Shown here one piece after another: positions 38,765 to 51,520 of a DNA stretch of 64,000 bases (the stretch's first letter is position 1; every line of letters begins with the position of its first letter). The stretch lies in assembly GCA_965235115.1 (NCBI GenBank), contig OZ249436.1, positions 5,830,001 through 5,894,000 on the forward strand. Reading direction: 5' to 3'. The position numbers and the translations under genes are program-made. The notes under the pieces were generated by a model. That model searched no databases and had not been told where the DNA came from. It saw only the letters and a program-made list of their open reading frames with translations. The stretch is from Laetmonice hystrix. Its lineage: Eukaryota.

Positions 38765-39073
38765 GACTGCAGCCATTGTTCCGGCTAATAAGCGCTGGAA
38801 GGTAAATAGGAATCTGTTTTTTTAAATCCACAGTGCTTGCGGAGGAAACAAAATAGGTTGTGTTATCATAACAGGGAGGTAGGGTGGATATTAGCCAGCT
38901 GTCTGTGGTCTCTGACAGGGCTGACGTACGGAAGGTCTGGCTCTTCATAAAGTTATGACAGTTGTCCCATTATAAGTGGAGACTGCGATGGGCCTACTGG
39001 GGTACTCGAGGAGGGGGGAGGGGTTGAAGTTTTATAGATGGACATCACACAGACGGTTCCTAATGCAGAGGCC

Positions 39074-39906
39074 GAAAAACACTCCGAACTCCCGAATAGT
39101 CTATGGCTGCAGTCTTACCGGAACATTCCAGGCAGTCACATAAAAAAACACTCCGAAATCCCGAATAGTCTATGGCTGCAGTCTTACCGAAACATTCCAG
39201 GTAGTCACATAGAAAAACACTCCGAACTCCCGAATAGTCTATGGCCGCAGTCTTACCGAAACATTCCAGGTAGTCACATAGAAAAACACTCCGAACTCCC
39301 GAATAGTCTATGGCCGCAGTCTTACCGGAACATTCCAGGTAGTCACATAGAAAAACACTCCGAACTCCCGAATAGTCTATGGCCGCAGTCTTACCGGAAC
39401 ATTCCAGGTAGTCACATAGAAAAACACTGCGAACTCCCGAATAGTCTATGGCTGCAGTCTTACCGGAACATTCCAGGTAGTCACATAGAAAAACACTCCG
39501 AACTCCCGAATAGTCTATGGCCGCAGTCTTACCAAAACATTCCAGGTAGTCACATAGAAAAACACTCCGAACTCCCGAATAGTCTATGGCCGCAGTCTTA
39601 CCGGAACATTCCAGGTAGTCACATAGAAAAACACTCCGAACTCCCGAATAGTCTATGGCCGCAGTCTTACCGAAACATTCCAGGTAGCCACATAGAAAAA
39701 CACTCCGAACTCCCGAATAGTCTATGGCTGCAGTCTTACCGGAACATTCCAGGTAGTCACATAGAAAAACACTGCGAACTCCCGAATAGTCTATGGCTGC
39801 AGTCTTACCGGAACATTCCAGGCAGTCACATAGAAAAACACTGCGAACTCCCGAATAGTCTATGGCCGCAGTCTTACCGGAACATTCCAGGCAGTCACAT
39901 AGAAAA
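39074..39906. repeat. Minisatellite, 69-bp unit, 12 copies
   Basis: Unit GAAAAACACTCCGAACTCCCGAATAGTCTATGGCCGCAGTCTTACCGGAACATTCCAGGTAGTCACATA; produces the 292-aa ORF 39038-39916. Confidence 0.97.
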
Positions 39907-40944
39907 AAAAGGATGATGTTGTTGTAAGATTGGCCCTGCGTCCTATATCGTCCAGAGCGTCTTACAGGCCGAAAAGTACGGATACGTTGTTCCTATTATG
40001 TACATAGGACCGGTTCCATAAGCGGGGGTCATACTTTAATCAAAACAACCCACAGTGTGTGTGGTCTGAAGACGAATGAGAAAAAAATGCTGAAATTGCT
40101 CCAATATTTATATGACCAGTTACCCATGTGGACGCTTTGATATCTTTGAAAGGTGAACAAAATGTCACCCATCTTCAAATGAGCTGAGTTTCATAATCCT
40201 CGGGTACCTACTCGCTCTAGTTAACATTCTATTGGGGGGAGGGGGGGGGGGGTATGTCTTCGAACGGAGGCTTGATATAAGTGAATGTCATTTGAAGATT
40301 TCTTTACAAAGTGATTTAACCGTGTATCGGTAACCGTCCTCAGTCGACTTGAGGATGAGATCTCTGTTCCAATGCCTTGTTCCATTAATCCAATCACTAC
40401 CACACACGCTTTGTATTCTCTGGCCTTACATGACAAAGTGATTACACCACGTGTGGCTGGCTGGCAAGATTTTAAGACGCCATGCTGTAATGGAGTCAAA
40501 GGAGATGAACAATAAAACATGGTGGGTAAACTCGACACCTATCAACAAGATATCTGAGCCTTTCATAGATTAAAGACTTGAGTTGTGTGCTGACTGATGC
40601 CGTAGTGACAGCTTTATAAATAACACCATGGCTTCTCTCTGTTCTTATTTTCTTCCGTCGCACTTCTTAAAACTCAGAGACTGCAACTTCAACTGCTTGC
40701 AAACACATTCTTTTTACAAAAAATTCTATTTGTAAGTGCAGCAGTGCTTCTTATGCTGCTTGGAGAAAACGTGTAGGATAGAGTGATTTATTAGAGGGGT
40801 AATGGTTGTCGGAAGTTTGCCACACGTAATGAACAGTTTAAATGTGTTGGATGCAAAGGGTGAAAAATCGTATTGCTTTCATAGGAACCAATTATGTTTC
40901 TGCTATTGTTTCTCCGTCTCAGAGTCCGGTACCATTCATGCACT

Positions 40945-41305
40945 ACCCTTACTGGAGATAGTGTCAATGTTCAATGTGGTAGCGACCCTTACTGGAGATA
41001 GTGTCAATGTTCAATGTGGTAGCGACCCTTACTGGAAATAGTGTCAATGTTCAATGTGGTAGCAACCCTTACTGGAGATAGTGTCAATGTTCAATGTGGT
41101 AGCGACCCTTACTGGAGATAGTGTCAATGTTCAATGTGGTAGCGACCCTTACTGGAGATAGTGTCAATGTTCAATGTGGTAGCGACCCTTACTGGAGATA
41201 GTGTCAATGTTCAATGTGGTAGCGACCCTTACTGGAGATAGTGTCAATGTTCAATGTGGTAGCGACCCTTACTGGAGATAGTGTCAATGTTCAATGTGGA
41301 AGCGA
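40945..41305. repeat. Minisatellite, 40-bp unit, 9 copies
   Basis: Unit ACCCTTACTGGAGATAGTGTCAATGTTCAATGTGGTAGCG; copies nearly identical. Confidence 0.97.
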
Positions 41306-42865
41306 TATTGTGATTATCACGATACGGAAACCATTGTTTGCATATCTTCGTTTTCAATCATTCCTTCATCCTCTTGTTAAGTCTTTGTCTATCCTTTGTA
41401 AGCGAACAGATGTGTGGTCCGGGATATCTAAGATGAGAAAGTTTTAGAAGTTGATGCTGGCGTACTGTCCAACTATAAAGGAGAGGGACAAAGGTTTAAA
41501 AGCGTGCTGTTAGTATGCATGTCGGCTGAATGTGTCGGTTTGATCAGGCTGGGACCAGTGGACTAGACTTTACATACTGCTTGTATACCTGTCATTGTGT
41601 ATACATAATTCACAGACACTTCTATCAGAAATGTACTGTTCATTTTATTTCTGTAGCCCGCATCTAATTGCACTCAGACAGACCCAGAGATAAAGCTGGC
41701 GGATAATGGACTTTGAAATTGTTACTTACTGATATTGATCTTTGATCTGGTGATATCGAGTGAGACCGATAGCATGCTAGGGGGTGCGTTATTAATGGTT
41801 CATACAGTACATGTCGGCTGTAACTCTAACTGTATGGTTGAAGTTGGGAGAAGGAAAGTTAATATTTGTAATAAGACCTAGGGCACAGTCCCCAACTGAT
41901 AACCTTGATCGTGGCCATGTTAAAAAGAAAATTTTAGAAAATGGAAACCCTATGTGATTATTTTCAATATAGGCTATTGAAAAGATGCATGACCTCGACT
42001 GACCTTCAAAGGTCCTTGGTAAAGTCGTCCTTACTGTATGTCATCACTTACAGTCATCAACTGATGGCTATATGTGGAGGTACCACTAGACAATCTCCAA
42101 CACAGGCAGTGGATCCTCTTGAAATGGACAACCTACATCCATGGCCCTGTTTCCTGGTAATTTAATAAACGAGTACGCGAACGGCAGTCGACTAGGGGTG
42201 AATGGAGTGCAGAGACAGAGATATGTGGACACTTTACGTAACAACCACGTATTGCGTTAATTTCATTAATCAATGTAGGTGATTTACTAATGTCCAGAAC
42301 CACCACTGGCCAAGCTCTGCAGGATCGGCGCCTTATTTATGGCATTGTTTTAATGCACCATAGATCAGCGTGGTCATGTCATATGCCAAAGTTATGTGTC
42401 ATGCTATTGCTGTCGGCTTATGTGCTAAAATATGATGAATGCCACATGTTGTCTCATAAAACATTTGCTAATGCCACAGAATCGCATCAGCCCAAACCAT
42501 AACCGCCTCGGTGGCTTTTACTGTATCGCCATATGTCACTGAGACTGAATAACGCGTGTCACCCCTCTATTGATGTATTTGACGTCTTAGGTAGATATAC
42601 GTGAAAATTGGTGTCGTTTGTGGGCAGTGTTTATGAGCGTATGAGCATATCGGAGGCAGTGCTTGGAAGGAGACAATGGAACGCCGGCCGTCTTAGCTTT
42701 ATGGCTTACCATGTGGTGGATCTCAAGTTGATCTAATGGCTGAGACAAAAAGGCAGGGACAGTGTAATGACCCCATAAGGCAGTGGCGACATGATGGCCG
42801 AGAGTGGCCGCCAGAGGACCTGGTGGGGGGGGGGGAGGGTAGGCGTGGGGCCTTCATCACTTCTA

Positions 42866-44170
42866 GGGATGAGGGATCCTGGTGACAGGTGGACCGCCAT
42901 GGGATGAGGGATCCTGGTGGGATGAGGGATCCTGGTGACAGGTGGACCGCGATGGGATGAGGGATCCTGGTGGGATGAGGGATCCTGGTGACAGGTGGAC
43001 CGCCATGGGATGAGGGATCCTGGTGACAGGTGGACTGCCATGGGATGAGGGATCCTGGTGACAGGTGGACTGCCATGGGATGAGGGATCCTGGTGGGATG
43101 AGGGATCCTGGTGACAGGTGGACTGCCATGGGATGAGGGATCCTGGTGGGATGAGGGATCCTGGTGACAGGTGGACCGCCATGGGATGAGGGATCCTGGT
43201 GGGATAAGGGATCCAGGTGACAGGTGGACCGCCATGGGATGAGGGATCCTGGTGACAGGTGGACTGCCATGGGATGAGGGATCCTGGTGACAGGTGGACT
43301 GCCATGGGATGAGGGATCCTGGTGGGATGAGGGATCCTGGTGACAGGTGGACCGCCATGGGATGAGGGATCCTGGTGACAGGTGGACCGCCATGGGATGA
43401 GGGATCCTGGTGGGATGAGGGATCCTGGTGACAGGTGGACCGCCATGGGATGAGGGATCCTGGTGGGATGAGGGATCCTGGTGACAGCTGGACCGCCATA
43501 GGATGAGGGGTCCTGGTGGGATGAGGGATCCTGGTGACAGGTGGACCGCCATGGGATGAGGGATCCTGGTGACAGGTGGACCGCCATGGGATGAGGGATC
43601 CTGGTGGGATGAGGGATCCTGGTGACAGGTGGACCGCCATGGGATGAGGGATCCTGGTGGGACGAGGGATCCTGGTGACAGGTGGACCGCCATGGGATGA
43701 GGGATCTTGGTGGGATGAGGGATCCTGGTGACAGGTGGACCGCCATGGGATGCGGGGTCCTGGTGACAGGTGGACCGCCATGGGATGAGGGATCCTGGTG
43801 GGATGAGGGATCCTGGTGACAGGTGGACCGCCATGGGATGAGGGGTCCTGGTGACAGGTGGACCGCCATGGGATGAGGGATCCTGGTGGGATGAGGGATC
43901 CTGGTGACAGGTGGACCGCCATGGGATGAGGGATCCTGGTGGGACGAGGGATCCTGGTGACAGGTGGACCGCCATGGGATGAGGGATCTTGGTGGGATGA
44001 GGGATCCTGGTGACAGGTGGACCGCCATGGGATGCGGGGTCCTGGTGACAGGTGGACCGCCATGGGATGAGGGATCCTGGTGGGATGAGGGATCCTGGTG
44101 ACAGGTGGACCGCCATGGGATGAGGGGTCCTGGTGGGATGAGGGATCCTGGTGACAGGTTGACCGCCATG
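42866..44170. repeat. Compound G-rich minisatellite (18-bp + 17-bp modules; 35/53-bp units)
   Basis: GGGATGAGGGATCCTGGT (one or two copies) alternates with GACAGGTGGACCGCCAT. Explains the three overlapping minus-strand ORFs. Confidence 0.97.
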
Positions 44171-44189
44171 AATACTGGGGGTAAGAACT

Positions 44190-44380
44190 CAAATGATATC
44201 AAGATTCTCAGCCTATACCTCGATCTTCTCCCTGTCAAGGTCTCCAGTCCTTCAAACAAAATTATTCCCATCACTTGGCCTGCCACCCAAAGTCACGGGA
44301 CTGTTACCATTGGTGAAGAACCCGGCGACAATGTACAACCAATCCTACTTTCTGTACAGCTTGATCTGGGAGGGATTATA
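44190..44380 (+). mobile_element. Possible ancient LINE (CR1/L2-type) RT N-terminal relic
   Basis: Frameshifted pieces IFSLS..LQTKLFPS / TWPA / PLVKNP / DNVQPILL are colinear with the IFNxSLxxGxFPxxWKxAxVxPLxK..NYRPISLL motif. Recognised by eye only. Confidence 0.3.
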
Positions 44381-46924
44381 TGCTATTGCTGGCTGAAATT
44401 GAAAGGCAATTCTTCCATACTTTCCTTAATCCCTTTTTTATTTCAATTTCACCGCGCTGTATTTTGAGATATTAATATCAACAAACCTCCTGGGGGTCGT
44501 CTCATAACCTAAAGCCGTGTTAGATTAGGTATTAAACAGAGATTATTTATATTTTTCTGTGTCTGGTGGAGTGACGCTTTCTGTTTTCAAATAACCAGCC
44601 CAACAGTAGCGTCAGTCAACGACTTGGTCAAGTCATGAACGGTTTCATTTGTTAAGCTCCAAGCCTGCCGTTTCGTTTTAATATTTATTGATGTTATTAG
44701 TACGCCCTGACATCAGAAGACAAATGTATTTGAATGCCCCAGATATTTGAATTTAAAACTCCAGCTGATGTGGCACGGACCTTAACCCAGGCAGGGGAAC
44801 ATTCTTTTTTTTAAATCCTGCATGTAGTAGACATGATTGAAGCCTAAATTATTAGAATGTAATTAGGTCAGGAAAAGATTGTGATTACCTGTAATGTTGG
44901 GGAAGTATAGCAGGTGATACTTAATATAGACACCATCAGAATATAAATAGACTAATAATCTATTGATGTAACGTATAGAAAAATAGCTTCAACGTTGAGG
45001 ATAGTAAAAATCTTTGATAGTGTATATATTAATACAAGATTAAAAAATATATAGTAAAAAAAAGTCATTATAGACAGAGACCCAGGAAATATTTCATAAT
45101 GAGATGTTATAACAATCGTAATGAAAGGTTAATGGTTAATTAGAAATAAGTGGGGTACTTATAGCATTTGACCTCAAACACATGTTGTGACCTACTTTTC
45201 GATGAGAAATTAAACCATGTCACAGAGTTACAGGATAACCTTCATTTGCATTATGCTTCCTTAATGTTTTTTTCAGTGGGCAATATTACCAATATTATTT
45301 GTGGAGATATAGAAGTCACTACATTTATTTTTGGGAGTCCATTAAATGCAGTGAAGTACAAATGAACAGTCTGACCTTTCCACATGTCATTTTTCGGCAT
45401 CAGGTGCCCCCATCGATCACCCCCCTAAGAGGACCAGGTGTGTGCTCCATTCTGTATACATGGTTGGTGGCATGGCTTCCTGCTTTATGAGAACATGCGT
45501 CTGTCAGGTTGGATTTAGTGCTGCTTCTACATAATCCCCACAGCTGGTTAGGAATATTGGCGAATAACGGATTACATCGTGTTGGATCAGGCTGTCTTGA
45601 TCTCCTGGCACGGGCCATGCATTATGGAGACACAAATCTCTCAGTCTGCATTAGCTGGATCAGCCACCAATAACAATGGGCAGACCCCCAATTGTCTCGC
45701 ACATTATTTATTAATATTGATCTTCCAATAAAAGCATGACTGTAAACATCGCGTCTACACGCAGACATTCAAGGCTTTATTTGCTACGACATGACAACAT
45801 GTTGTTAATGGTTAACATGGCATGCGCCTGGAGCGACCTACAGCGGGAAAGGCAGGAAAAATACTGAAACACAGAGTAACATGAAATGTACAGCAGGGAG
45901 TATTACATGGCTTTAGTGCTTATTGCATTTGGGAGCAATCAGTCATCATTGTGTGTATTAGAGGGAAGATGAATGAGATACAAAGAGTAACTCACGGTTG
46001 GCTGGGGGCAGCACGGGGTCCTGAACTACAGACCAGTGATTGATTTATGCACAAATAATAACTGACTTCTACCTATCCGCCCAGTCAGCCCCGACCAATC
46101 ACTCAAACGGCTCCAACTTTTCACTGGCCCATGGGTTAATACACATGAGTGTGGGAAACGCTGCCTTTGAACCGTGTTTTAAAAACCTGCTTAGATTCGA
46201 ATCCATCAAATACTGGTGGGCTGTTTTTGCCATAGCTCTGACAGGAGTACACTGGGGCCGGTTATGACATGGATGGATGACTTTATAAGAATATGAACTC
46301 AGCCTGGCATGTCGCACGCTCAACACTCTGCCAGGTAGTCGCCTCGATTGATGTGACCAACTTAAATACGACAGACATGAGAAAAAGGCCTCTAGTGTCT
46401 GTCGAGTGCGGTTTCCATGTGATGACGTATACTTTCTAGGCTTTACACCCTGCTCAACATTGAGTGAACAGACACAATAAACGGTAGACTTGTCTTGGTT
46501 AAAACACGACTATGGAGGTTCTTCAAGTAAAAAACCTGTCATCTTTAATTAGGAAGGACGAAGTGGCCCGACATCAGAACCACGCTCATTTCCAATACCC
46601 AAAATCAAAGGTCAATGACACTTGACATTTGGCTTGAACTTTTTATGACCCCTGCAAATTTTCATCTCAGCAGTGAGGGGTTAAAAGCACCCCTTCACAT
46701 TGCCCCTCCACCATATGGTAAACTCTCGTTCGTTTTGAAGTGTTTGTGATTTGTATTCAACCACTACTCTGTATTCTTCCATCTACATTGATCTTCCTGC
46801 TCCTTCTACAATAGAATGATACATTTATTCGTTCTATGTAGTACATGTATTTGATTCTCTGAGGTTGTTATCGATGAGCCCTGTATTTATAATCCCCCGA
46901 TCTGTCCCACACTAGCTATTTCTA

Positions 46925-47360
46925 GGCATTTCCTGGATGGTTGATGTGTGCCCAATCACACCAACATATAAAAGGCCACAATCTTGTGATGGCTTTCGGG
47001 GCAGACATTCGTCAACTGCCCTGGTGAATTCTTCATGTGCCAATTCCCTCTGGCATTCCATTGACATGCAGCAGCAATGGCGAGACGCAACCTTTTTCAT
47101 CGACATATTAAACCCAAAGCAATTCATAACACGGCAAGACTTTCTGCAGTGTTAAGTATTGCGCCCTAAACTTGGGACAGGTCGGACCCCGGCAGCGGTT
47201 TTCTGTGGAACTTTGTCATGGCCTCGTGATGATGAATATGAGTGCTGGTGCTGCCGCCATCGGGAAATATGTTGGGGCATTGATCCCCGTGCCAGACTGT
47301 CATCAATTGTTGCTGTGGTAACACATCTGTCGTGTACGCTTGGGTGGATCCGGCACTAAC
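46925..47360 (+). mobile_element. Ancient LINE (CR1/L2-type) reverse-transcriptase relic
   Basis: FPGW..CA / ITPTYK, DGFRGRHSSTALV, SID..FFID..KQF and GIDPRARL occur in the order of RT motifs FPxxWKxAxITPxxK, GFRxxxSTxxAL, FxDxxKAF and GVPQG, with frameshifts and stops. Confidence 0.45.
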
Positions 47361-47390
47361 CATCCATCAGTGGAGGCAGAGGGGACTGGC

Positions 47391-47730
47391 GGGGGGGGGG
47401 GGGGGGGGGGGTTCTGGGTACAGTCACTGAGGAGGGCTGACGGGGGGGGGGCTCTGCTTCTGGGTACAGTCACTGAGGGGGGGGGGGCTGACGGGGGGCC
47501 TCTGCTTCTGGGTACAGTCACTGAGCGGGGGGGGGGGGCTGACGGGGGGCTCTGCTTCTGGGTACAGTCAGGGGGGGGCTGACAGGGGGAGTCTGTTTCT
47601 AGGTACAGTCACTGGGGGGGGGGGGGCGACGGGGGCTCTGCTTCTGGTTGCAGCCACTAGGGGCAGCTCTGCTTCTGGATACAACCAAGGAAAGACGGGG
47701 GGGGGGGTGACAGGGGGCAGCTCTGCCTCT
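47391..47730. repeat. Degenerate G-rich tandem repeat (~45-50-bp unit with polyG tracts), ~6 copies
   Basis: GGGGGGCTCTGCTTCTGGGTACAGTCACTGAGGGGGGGGGCTGAC repeated with variable G-run lengths. Confidence 0.9.
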
Positions 47731-49682
47731 TGAATGGGGCCTTGCAGCTTTCGGATATATCTGAGTAAAGAGAAGTGTGCATGCAGCCGACAAGCAGAGG
47801 CCGTGATGGATGATATGATAGAGCAGCTAATAGAGAAGACAGGGGTGTTAGAGAATGTGATGCTGGGGCTGATTGAGATGAGGCAAAGTGGCTGCAGATG
47901 TGAGTTAGTGGCTGATAGAGAAGATGTAGGTATTTGTTAGAGGTTTGACGCACGCTGTGATTAAATGCATACTGAGTGAAATTGTAAAGAATGATAAATA
48001 GCTCTGAGTGGGGGATATTTTTGTTCCATCGTCGATGATAAATAGAGGGTGTTGCTAATAGTTAATGCGCAAACTACTTAGTGTAACGCGCTGGTTGATA
48101 GATACGATTTACGTCTCGTCTAGAGAAATAATGATGTGGATGAGAGAAAAGATAAGCGATTGCTGTGAATGTCATATATTTCCAGTTTTGGTGTTTAAGA
48201 TGCGTAACTCTTCATGTTGCATGTCTCTGACACGGTCCCTTAACGTAACCATTGAGAATGGTGAAAACATGACGTCGTTTCCATGACAGTGACTGGGACC
48301 CTAGCCGAGTCCACGTCACAGCCAAGATTACAGCCCGACTTGCATTGTTAATGAATGATTCAGTGTTTCTTGTTAGTCACTGACCAGTGCTTCAGAGAAG
48401 TGCGTTAGTTCCAGTACCGGGGCGCCATTCGTCAGGCCTGGGCTGGATCCACTTGGAGGCTGACAAGGATGAGGAGGGGTCTGTCAGACAGGACTGGCAG
48501 GGCTGTGAGGAGGGGACAAGTCGTAGACAGGTCGGGCGATGAGCCGTCACGCCGTCCGACGGCTTGCTCCATCAGATCTAGGCGAGCATCTGTCATTCAC
48601 GCACCATTGGACGGGCCGCTTTACACGAGACGTACAGCCGTCAGTTCTGGCTGAGAGCGAGCGGTCCAGCAAAGTGCTATCTGTGGTGGACGCTGGCCTC
48701 GTTCTGGGTCGGTTACCCATAGTTCCAAGCCAACTCTGACACCGGGATATGAGAACTCGACGTTTTCTGATTGTCAGATCCTCTGACAGTGTTCATCTTT
48801 CATTAATGTGTCATCAACGCCACCAGAGCCGCATGCCTGCACACATTGTATACCGGGGACGGCTGACGTGAGGGCTTACCACTCAATGATGTCGGATGTC
48901 GTGAAAAGGCCCTCTGATGATGAAGAAATAGAAGGGCTTTCATCTTGATATACTGGGCCATCCCACCTTGTTAAGAGAAGCTGTCAGTGTGGAAAGGATA
49001 CAGGAGGCTTGACAAAGTCAAGAAGTTAGGAAGATATAGAAAGTGGAGAAGATTTAGTCTAGTGGATAAAATCAATGGCATGAATGGCCATGTTTTCTCT
49101 CCAAGACATTGGTTTCTAGCATACTGCGGTTGACAGAAAAAATAACTCTTCCTTTTTTTCTCTCTTTTAATTTAGCATCAGGCCATGGTAAGCTGGTATT
49201 AGTCTCCCTCCCTTGGCATGATTGTATATTCTACCGTAAAAACAATCGCCCATCACCGAGGTATGTATTTTTGTAGGAAAATTGCAACATAAGTTTATGT
49301 TAGCGCCATGTGCTCCTCCAAGCTCCTAACTTAATAACATTTGTGTCCTCCATAAATATGGCAATTGCGCTTACAATGTGACAACCATGCGCTTCATATT
49401 TTTTTGCGACCAATAGAAATCATGTCTATGACATTTTGTTCTGCCAAAACATTTTTTTTTAATATTGCATCAGTTGACATGCTCTTCTCGGCTACATCTC
49501 TGTGAAATATTCTGTCCGGCCCTTTACTTACTGACCGGTTTTTCACCTGAGTATTTTCCAGAGGCGGCCCTTCCATTCTTGTCGGTAGATTGAGATCGGG
49601 CTCTATCTCTTTCAGCGTGAGGTTTTTGGATGGTCATGTCGTCATTTATCTCTCATCCCACTTGGCGCAATTGTCTCCGGTC

Positions 49683-49701
49683 TGGCCGCCAGGGGGCGCA
49701 C
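49683..49701 (+). promoter_or_regulatory. Putative CTCF binding site
   Basis: TGGCCGCCAGGGGGCGCAC closely matches the CTCF core consensus TGGCCACCAGGGGGCGCTA. Confidence 0.6.
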
Positions 49702-49980
49702 TGCGTCACGATCGATGTTCGCCTGGAGGAGTCACTTATCAATATCATTTAACCCATCCCGCTGTGATTTCTCAGCTATACAATGGCTTGGTTTAGCCTG
49801 GCTGTGATTTATCCCATGTAAGTGTCATGAATCATGGGAGGAGGGAGATGGTGCTGGGCGAGTGTACGGTTACAGACAGGCTGGGGATGCTCACCCCCCC
49901 CCCCACCCCCACCCCGCACAACGTCGTCATAATTCAATATTAACCCCGAAAAAAGAAAACATTCGTCTTCTCAGTCAGTG

Positions 49981-50375
49981 CTGGCTAAAGCTGCACGTGT
50001 CATAGTGCTGAGTTGGTCGTCTCAGCTAACATAGAACTGGCTAAAGCTGCACGTGTCATAGTGCTGAGTTGGTCGTCTCAGCTAACATAGAACTGGCTAA
50101 AGCTGCACGTGTCTTAGTGCTGAGTTGGTCGTCTCAGCTAACATAGAACTGGCTAAAGCTGCACGTGCCATAGTGCTGAGTTGGTCGTCTCAGCTAACAT
50201 AGAACTGGCTAAAGCTGCACGTGTCTTAGTGCTGAGTTGGTCGTCTCAGCTAACATAGAACTGGCTAAAGCTGCACGTGTCTTAGTGCTGAGTTGGTCGT
50301 CTCAGCTAACATAGAACTGGCTAAAGCTGCACGTGTCTTAGTGTTGAGTTGGTCGTTGCAGCTAACATAGAACTG
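49981..50375. repeat. Minisatellite, 56-bp unit, 7 copies
   Basis: Unit CTGGCTAAAGCTGCACGTGTC(A/T)TAGTGCTGAGTTGGTCGTCTCAGCTAACATAGAA. Confidence 0.97.
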
Positions 50376-50381
50376 CCAGAG

Positions 50382-50693
50382 CTCATGACCGGATGTGGTC
50401 TGTACTCACGGAAGTCTGTGATTGGTCAGATGTCGGTTGTCTGTGTGTCCACATGTTGACCACGTGGTCTGAATCTACGTGTAAACTGGGCTGTACCTCA
50501 GAGTTCTGTGCGTGTCAGATATAACTGCAACGGAAACCAGAAACCGGAACTCATGACCGGATGTGGTCTGTACTCACGGAAGTCTGTGATTGGTCAGATG
50601 TCGGTTGTCAGGGTGTCCACATGTTGACCACGTGGTCTGAATCTACGTGTAAACTGGGCTGTACCTCTATGAGTTCTGTGGGTGTCAGAGATA
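50382..50693. repeat. Direct duplication of ~140 bp (168-bp period)
   Basis: CTCATGACCGGATGTGGTCTGTACTCACGG...GAGTTCTGTG(C/G)GTGTCAGA begins at both 50382 and 50550. Confidence 0.95.
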
Positions 50694-51419
50694 TGTGATC
50701 TAAACAAAGTTAGACTGCTTTATTTTTGTGTAAATCGCACACACGAGGAAGAACTGTACTTCCTTATTTGAAAGATGTATCTCACTTACCAACACTCTAA
50801 GTGTTGGTTTAGATTTTTGCAGCAGAATTGAATCCCAGGATAGATACCGTAATACACTCTGACAGATGTTAGAGTATATATGTATGTTAGGTTTTATTTA
50901 GTCTTCGTGAAATTTGATACGAATACTGCAGTGCATAATCCTGACAGATTTCTACCTAGTTCTGAATGGTCCCGAGTTCATCTTACACCCATTCTGCCAA
51001 AGTTTTTTACCCGTTTTACCCACTGGAATGAATATGTTGATGGCAGAATCCTCCCCCCCCCCTCCTCCTCCGGTTGGTCTGGTTGGTGAGGTCGAAGTTA
51101 GGGTCGGAGAGTAAGGTTTATGAGTAATGAGTGCTCAGCAGAGGCCCACACGTCAACACTTCCACTCACAGACGGTCGTCTTCCGCCTCCTTCTCTGACA
51201 TATGAGTGATACTATCTGCTGATATCACTCGGGGTTTTCAGACAGCCTCATCTCAAACATTGGGTGTCAGATTCGCTCCAAGGCTGAAATGATGGAATTG
51301 TCAGAATTGTCATCGCCCGTGCCGGCAATGGTGCCATGAAGGATGCCCCATGACGTTCATGCATGTCTGCGTCGTGTTCCATTTCAGTTCGTGCGGAAAG
51401 TGGCGTCATTCATCAAAAG

Positions 51420-51520
51420 TGTTTTTGGCAGAAAAACCGACAGAAGTGGTTGGGTCATGTGATGGTGACCTCCTTGGTGCAGAAGATGGATGGGCCAAAG
51501 ATTGAGATGTGCACTTTGCC
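51420..51520 (+). mobile_element. Possible RTE-clade LINE ORF C-terminal relic
   Basis: KNRQKWLGHVM...DGPK resembles the RRLxWxGHVxR...PK motif downstream of RTE RT domains. Very short match. Confidence 0.25.

Noticed and set aside
42723..44286. Minus-strand ORFs of 489, 517 and 417 aa
   Set aside because: Three overlapping frames of the same low-complexity array, with no domain and non-3n units.
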